Shown: positions 58,888 to 64,000 of the stretch, piece by piece | How positions within the stretch are numbered: the stretch's first letter is position 1 | How the letters are laid out: every line of letters starts with the position of its first letter | Origin: Bacteroidales bacterium | GTDB lineage: Bacteria; Bacteroidota; Bacteroidia; Bacteroidales; Lentimicrobiaceae | DNA length: 64,000 nt | Reading direction: 5' to 3' | Assembly (NCBI GenBank): GCA_022837485.1 | Contig: JALHHH010000011.1 | Coordinates: 588-64,587 of the forward strand | The notes under the pieces: model-generated | What the model was told of the DNA's origin: nothing | Seen by the model: the letters and a program-made list of their open reading frames with translations, nothing else | The model's database searches: none | Translations under genes and position numbers: made by a program

Positions 58888-58929
58888 ACACTTGCGACAC
58901 AATATGACATTTTGTCAAAGCAGACATCC

Positions 58930-59730
58930 ATGATCCGTTTCTGGAAATTTCACGGCACAGGCAATGATTTTGTAATGCTGGATGGCAGGGAGATCACTCA
59001 ACTGCCTGAAGCCGGGCAGATAGAAGCGATGTGCAACCGTCACACCGGAATTGGCGCTGATGGTCTGATTGTATTGACAGCACGCGAGGGATACGACTTT
59101 GAAATGATCTATTTTAATTCCGACGGGAGTCCGGCCACTATGTGTGGTAACGGTGCCCGCTGTGCTGCTGCGTTTGGGCTAATGAGAGGCATTTCAGGAA
59201 TTTCAGCACACTTTCTGGCTGGCGACGGCCCCCATACCGCCACAATTTCGGCAGCCTCAGACGGCGAATGGATGGTTGAGATCAGCATGTGCGACATTTC
59301 TGTTGGCAAGACGAGTGAGAACGAAGCCGACATACATACCGGTACTCCGCATCATTTGGTGCTCACCCCGGATCCCGAAATAATTGATGTAAAGACCCGG
59401 GGGCGGTCTATACGGTACAGTCCGGCGTATGCTCCTGTCGGGACCAATGTAAATTTTATGGCTATTGATGGCAAAACAATCCGGGTGCGAACCTATGAGA
59501 AAGGGGTTGAGGATGAAACGCTTTCGTGCGGCACAGGCGTAACGGCCTCGGCAGCCTTTGCGGCGGTAAAAACCGGACGAACATCATGGGAAGTGCTCAC
59601 CCGGGGCGGCAGGCTGGAAGTAAAAATGATCGGGAAAGGCAAACATTTTACGGAAGTACATCTGAAAGGTCCGGCTGTTTTCGTCTTCAGCGGCACCATC
59701 AACGCGTCGTATTCAGAAGGCATGGACTAA
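58930..59730 (+). CDS. dapF: diaminopimelate epimerase
   Basis: The preferred ATG at 58930 gives MIRFWKFHGTGNDFVMLDG. The two catalytic Cys sit in MCGNGARC and LSCGTGVTA. Confidence 0.9.
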   Translation: MIRFWKFHGTGNDFVMLDGREITQLPEAGQIEAMCNRHTGIGADGLIVLTAREGYDFEMIYFNSDGSPATMCGNGARCAAAFGLMRGISGISAHFLAGDGPHTATISAASDGEWMVEISMCDISVGKTSENEADIHTGTPHHLVLTPDPEIIDVKTRGRSIRYSPAYAPVGTNVNFMAIDGKTIRVRTYEKGVEDETLSCGTGVTASAAFAAVKTGRTSWEVLTRGGRLEVKMIGKGKHFTEVHLKGPAVFVFSGTINASYSEGMD

Positions 59731-59765
59731 CAGAATCGATTGTTTCATAAAACGGAATACAAGGA

Positions 59766-60305
59766 ATGAAAGGCAGGCTTATATCCCTGAGAGCACCGGA
59801 ACCGGATGATATAGAGATTCTCTACACCTGGGAAAACAATCCGGAAATCTGGCAGGTCAGCAACACCACGGCTCCCTATTCGCGCTTTGCCATCGAACAG
59901 TATGTGCTTAATACCGGCACCGATATTTATGCCTCCCGCCAGTTGCGCCTGATGATTATCTCCAGTGAAAAACCTCCGAAAGTCTGCGGAGCCATTGATC
60001 TCTTCGACTTTGACCCCCTGCACCGAAGGGCAGGAATCGGGATTATGATTGCACCCGGTTGCAGAAGAAAAGGTTATGCTGCAGAAGCTCTTTCTCTCGT
60101 TTTGGATTATTGCCGGAATATTCTGAACCTTCATCAGGTTTATTGCCATATATCGGCCGACAACATATCCAGCATTCGTCTTTTTTCCGGGGCGGGATTC
60201 AAACAAACCGGGATCCGGAAAGAATGGCGGCTGTCTGACGGAAGGTGGAAGGATGAATTTCTGTTTCAATACATTCTGAATACAAACCCCGAAAGCCATG
60301 ACTGA
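59766..60305 (+). CDS. GNAT-family N-acetyltransferase (RimJ/RimL-like)
   Basis: 179 aa. Acetyl-CoA binding region RRAGIGIMIAPGCRRKGYAAEAL and the typical LRAPEPDD...W N-terminus. Confidence 0.75.
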   Translation: MKGRLISLRAPEPDDIEILYTWENNPEIWQVSNTTAPYSRFAIEQYVLNTGTDIYASRQLRLMIISSEKPPKVCGAIDLFDFDPLHRRAGIGIMIAPGCRRKGYAAEALSLVLDYCRNILNLHQVYCHISADNISSIRLFSGAGFKQTGIRKEWRLSDGRWKDEFLFQYILNTNPESHD

Positions 60306-61383
60306 ATACTACCACCCGCGCTACAGCAATGTAAGGAAGCCCCGTCAGAAGAAGGGCAGGTATATCTTTTGGATAATTGTATTGCTTCTGCTGCTTTCGG
60401 GTATTGCCGGATGGTGGATCTACCGGGCAGTATTTTCCGACAATGTTTATACCGGCTCGGAAACTGAAGTCTTCATCACCATACCAACCGGCAGTAATTA
60501 TGAGGATGTAAAAGAGATCCTTTATACAAAAGGTCTGATCAGCGACCGGTATTCGTTTGAACTTATTGCCAGACTTAAAAAATACAGTCAGTCCGTTAAA
60601 CCCGGGCGTTACCGCCTCACAGGCGATATGGGCAATCTTGAATTGCTGAGGATTTTGGCGTCGGGATTACAAACGCCGGTAAAGGTTATTTTCAACAACA
60701 TACGCACACCCGATCAACTGGCCGGACGCATATCTCAACAAATTGAAGCCGATTCGGCTTCGCTGATCCGGCTGCTTACCGATAGTTCTTTTCTCGATTC
60801 ACTGGGAGTAACGCCCGCCACGGTATTTACCATAATGATCCCCAACACCTACGAGTTTTACTGGAATACGAGTCCCGAAACCTTTATCGGCCGATTAAAG
60901 AGGGAATCGGAAAAATTCTGGGAAGGAAAAAGAGAGGAGCAGCTGAGCGTTATCAATATGAGTCGCCATGAAGTGATAACACTGGCATCCATCGTTGAGA
61001 AAGAAACCAATAAGAACGACGAGAAAGCCAGACTGGCCGGAGTATATGTGAACAGGCTGAAGAACGGCTGGCTCCTGGAAGCCGATCCTACCCTGGTTTT
61101 TGCACACGGCGATTTCGGAATACGAAGGGTCTTAAGCATTCACAAGGAGATTGAATCGCCTTACAATACGTATCGGAACAAAGGACTCCCTCCTGGTCCC
61201 ATCTGCCTGCCGTCCATTGCATCCATCGATGCGGTGCTGAATTATGAAAACCACGACTATATGTTTTTCTGTGCCCGTGAAGATTTCTCCGGCTATCACA
61301 GCTTTGCGCGAACTCTGGAGCAGCATAACCTGAATGCATGGAAATACCGTCAGGCTCTCAATCAGAGACGTATCTACAGGTAA
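60298..61383 (+). CDS. mltG: endolytic peptidoglycan transglycosylase MltG (YceG-like)
   Basis: 361 aa. N-terminal TM and YceG blocks LASIVEKET, AGVYVNRLKNGWLLEADPTL and SPYNTYRNKGLPPGPICLPS. Overlaps the GNAT gene by 8 nt. Confidence 0.85.
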   Translation: MTEYYHPRYSNVRKPRQKKGRYIFWIIVLLLLLSGIAGWWIYRAVFSDNVYTGSETEVFITIPTGSNYEDVKEILYTKGLISDRYSFELIARLKKYSQSVKPGRYRLTGDMGNLELLRILASGLQTPVKVIFNNIRTPDQLAGRISQQIEADSASLIRLLTDSSFLDSLGVTPATVFTIMIPNTYEFYWNTSPETFIGRLKRESEKFWEGKREEQLSVINMSRHEVITLASIVEKETNKNDEKARLAGVYVNRLKNGWLLEADPTLVFAHGDFGIRRVLSIHKEIESPYNTYRNKGLPPGPICLPSIASIDAVLNYENHDYMFFCAREDFSGYHSFARTLEQHNLNAWKYRQALNQRRIYR

Positions 61384-61494
61384 CTGATTTTCACGTTTCC
61401 CGGCTTTTCAGCCGTAATCGGTGAAAATGCTGTAATTTAGCTGTGACAATTTGTCATCAGCACTGCAAACCTGCGTTTAACAGATCATACTTCT

Positions 61495-62862
61495 ATGAGA
61501 AATGCATTTAAAGCTTACGATATACGTGGCGTTTACACGAAAGACTTCAACGGAAGCGATGTATACAAGATCGGTTTCTTTTTGCCCGGATTGCTGAATG
61601 CCGATACGGTGTTGGTCGGACACGACGTCAGGACTTCATCACCCGAAATACTGGAATATCTGTGCAAGGGCATCACCGACTCGGGTGCCGACGTGCATGT
61701 GGCGGGCGAATGCACCACACCTATGATATACTGGGCTACCGCCAGATATAACTATCAGGCTTCGGTGATGATCACCGCTTCACACAATCCTGCTCACTAT
61801 AACGGGCTCAAAATTTCGGGGGCCGAAGCTCTGCCTGTGGGATTCGATACCGGCCTTTCGGAACTGCTTGAGCGGGCAGAAAATCGCATACCTCAACCTG
61901 CCACAATTCCAGGAACATACTCAACATTTTCATTCCGTGATGATTACCTGAATTTCCTAAAGCCTTACAACAGCGATTTCAGCAATCTGAAAATTGCCGT
62001 CGACTGTTCCAACGGGATGGGATCCCTTCTGATCAGAGACTTGCTGGGCGAACGGCCGCTCTATCTTTTTGAAGAACGCGACGGAACCTTCCCCAATCAT
62101 CAGCCCAATCCACTGGAACCAGAAAATGTAAAGGATCTGAGCGAACTGGTAATAAAGACGAGCTGCGACATTGGGCTGATTTTCGACGGCGATGCCGACC
62201 GGGTTATGTTTGTGGATGAAAACGGAACCTTTATCCAGCCCGACCTGATGATTGCTGTGCTTGCCCGCTATTTCGCCCGTCAGGGGATGAAAGGAAAGGC
62301 CATTCAGGATATACGGACGTCCAAATCGGTGACCGCCTCCGTTGAAGAACAGGGATTCAGCATGCATATGTGGAGAGTCGGCAGAGCCTATGCGGCCCTG
62401 AAGCTGCGCGAAATCGGAGGGTTGTTCGGGGGCGAGCTTGCCGGACATTACTATTTTCGCGATTTTTATTATTCCGACTCTGCTTACCTGGCAGCACTGA
62501 TTATCCTCGGTGAAGTGAAACGGTGCAAAGAAAACGGACAAACCCTTTCGCAACTCATCGGGAGCATAAGCCGTTATAAAGGGACCGGAGAAATCAACCT
62601 GCACATCGACAGAAAGGCGGAAGCCATGGAAGCCCTGAAAGAGGCATTCACAGCAGAAGAAGAGGTGACGGCATTCTACGATTTCGACGGATACCGCATC
62701 GAGTTTGCCCAATGGTGGTTCAACGTAAGACCTTCGAATACGGAACCCTATTTACGGTTTCTGGCAGAAGCCACCAGCAGTGAAATACTTGAAGACCGGC
62801 GAAAAAAAGCGCTGAAGATTCTTGAACCATACATCATCACCTCTGCCGGGCATGCGCATTAA
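61495..62862 (+). CDS. phosphomannomutase/phosphoglucomutase (alpha-D-phosphohexomutase)
   Basis: 455 aa. Phosphoserine loop TASHNPAHYNGLK, Mg loop FDGDADR and sugar loop GGELAGHYYF. Confidence 0.88.
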   Translation: MRNAFKAYDIRGVYTKDFNGSDVYKIGFFLPGLLNADTVLVGHDVRTSSPEILEYLCKGITDSGADVHVAGECTTPMIYWATARYNYQASVMITASHNPAHYNGLKISGAEALPVGFDTGLSELLERAENRIPQPATIPGTYSTFSFRDDYLNFLKPYNSDFSNLKIAVDCSNGMGSLLIRDLLGERPLYLFEERDGTFPNHQPNPLEPENVKDLSELVIKTSCDIGLIFDGDADRVMFVDENGTFIQPDLMIAVLARYFARQGMKGKAIQDIRTSKSVTASVEEQGFSMHMWRVGRAYAALKLREIGGLFGGELAGHYYFRDFYYSDSAYLAALIILGEVKRCKENGQTLSQLIGSISRYKGTGEINLHIDRKAEAMEALKEAFTAEEEVTAFYDFDGYRIEFAQWWFNVRPSNTEPYLRFLAEATSSEILEDRRKKALKILEPYIITSAGHAH

Positions 62863-63781
62863 AATTACGTTTGCTTCTTTTTTTCTGAGCATGATCTTTT
62901 CACTTCTTATGCAGGAAGCATTCGCCGGCAACCCCATACAGGCCGGCGACAGCTCAGAAATTAACCGTAAGCGGATGATCGGACTTATAGCCGGAGGTGT
63001 TCTGCTTTATGGCGGAAGCATGACCGGATTGTATCATTTATGGTACAAAGACTTTACGCGGGACAAATTTCATTTTATCAACGACAACGACGAATGGCTT
63101 CAAATGGATAAAGCCGGGCATTCCGTTACCGCATACTACGTCGGGTATCTGGGATATGAGGCGATGCGCTGGGCGGGAACCTGCAACACCAAAGCTGCAT
63201 GGTATGGCGGCAGTCTGGGCTTTGCTTATCTCACCGTTATTGAAATTCTGGATGGGTTCTCTGCCGGCTGGGGCGCATCGGGCGGAGATCTGATTGCCAA
63301 CGGACTGGGATCTGCCGCGTTTATCAGTCAGCAGCTGGTGTGGAACGAACAGCGGATCCTTTTAAAATGGTCGTTTCATCCAACCGATCATGCACAATAC
63401 CGTCCGTCTCTACTGGGGAACACCATTGCCGAACGAGCGATAAAGGATTATAATGGTCAAACGGTCTGGTTATCCGCCAATATTCATTCCTTCCTGCAGA
63501 GGGATTCCAAATTTCCTTCCTGGCTGAACGTAGCCTTTGGCTATGGTGCGGATGGAATGACCGGAGCCCGAAGCAACCCTGAATTTTTCGAAGGGAACGC
63601 ATTGCCGCATTTCGAGCGCAGAAGGCAGTTTTACCTTGCTCCGGACATAGATCTTACCAGGATAAGAACATCCTCGCCATTTTTGAACAAAATTTTTAAA
63701 ACGACAGGATTTCTGAAAATTCCCCTTCCTGCAGTGGAATTCAGCAAAAAAGGGGTGAAATTTCACCCCCTGTACTTCTGA
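62852..63781 (+). CDS. DUF2279-like secreted/lipoprotein
   Basis: The ORF is open from 62822, and I prefer the ATG at 62852 (MRIKITFASFFLSMIFSLL). The block LWYKDFTRDKFHFINDNDEWLQMDKAGHSVTAYY matches my recollection of DUF2279 proteins. Overlaps the mutase gene by 11 nt. Confidence 0.6.
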   Translation: MRIKITFASFFLSMIFSLLMQEAFAGNPIQAGDSSEINRKRMIGLIAGGVLLYGGSMTGLYHLWYKDFTRDKFHFINDNDEWLQMDKAGHSVTAYYVGYLGYEAMRWAGTCNTKAAWYGGSLGFAYLTVIEILDGFSAGWGASGGDLIANGLGSAAFISQQLVWNEQRILLKWSFHPTDHAQYRPSLLGNTIAERAIKDYNGQTVWLSANIHSFLQRDSKFPSWLNVAFGYGADGMTGARSNPEFFEGNALPHFERRRQFYLAPDIDLTRIRTSSPFLNKIFKTTGFLKIPLPAVEFSKKGVKFHPLYF

Positions 63782-63784
63782 ATG

Positions 63785-64000
63785 TTAAACGTTGAACCGG
63801 ATGTGCATAATATCGCCATCCTCCACGATGTAATTCTTGCCTTCAACGAATAACTTTCCGGCTTCGCGACATGCATGTTCCGATTTAAGGTCGATAAAGT
63901 CCTTGTATTTCATAACCTCGGCACGTATAAAGCCGCGTTCCAGGTCGCTGTGGATTACCCCTGCTGCCTGGGGTGCCGTCATTCCCTTTCGGATGGTCCA
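63785..64000 (-). CDS. ychF: redox-regulated ATPase YchF, C-terminal part (gene continues beyond the window)
   Basis: The frame is open to nt 64000. [29 protein letters not shown]...[15 protein letters not shown] is the conserved YchF C-terminus. Confidence 0.85.
   Translation of the reverse strand, partial: WTIRKGMTAPQAAGVIHSDLERGFIRAEVMKYKDFIDLKSEHACREAGKLFVEGKNYIVEDGDIMHIRFNV

Overview
This 64-kb segment reads as chromosomal DNA from a Bacteroidota-type organism. Supporting signs are a SusC/SusD pair, five proteins ending in T9SS type-A C-terminal sorting domains (CTDs), a 288-aa RpoD, and TAnnTTTG -7 boxes upstream of many genes. I call 39 protein-coding genes, one of them frameshifted, with two possibly cut by the window edges. 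The first group is metabolic and secreted functions: an nrfHA ammonifying nitrite reductase operon, lplA, a DUF1338 gene beside a YdiJ-like FAD/Fe-S dehydrogenase, and an M43-type metalloprotease. Next comes a hybrid kinase/receiver/AraC regulator, a small CxxCH-bearing T9SS protein, and a susC-susD locus whose only enzyme is a LamG-fused PNGase F-like T9SS protein. These are followed by an AbgT transporter, an SGNH/PKD esterase, an NfeD-SPFH pair, GH2 beta-galactosidase and tcdA. The right half is mostly housekeeping: rnz, rpsA, yidC, pyrG, rpoD, htrA, dapF, mltG, a phosphohexomutase and ychF. I saw no rRNA, tRNA, CRISPR array, transposase, integrase or recognisable defence gene. I cannot defend any locus here as a clearly new multi-gene system. 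The loci most worth follow-up are: (1) the glycoside-hydrolase-free susCD + LamG-PNGase F-like locus and the neighbouring CxxCH T9SS protein; (2) two ~0.9-kb non-coding stretches (46.3-47.2 kb and 50.1-51.0 kb) flanking an AT-rich two-gene insert between rpsA and yidC, one carrying in-phase GGCTGAG repeats; (3) the lplA-DUF1338 / YdiJ-like neighbourhood; (4) an AT-rich gap with an orphan secreted protein at 32.8-33.9 kb. All family calls come from motif recognition by eye and memory, and no searches were run.
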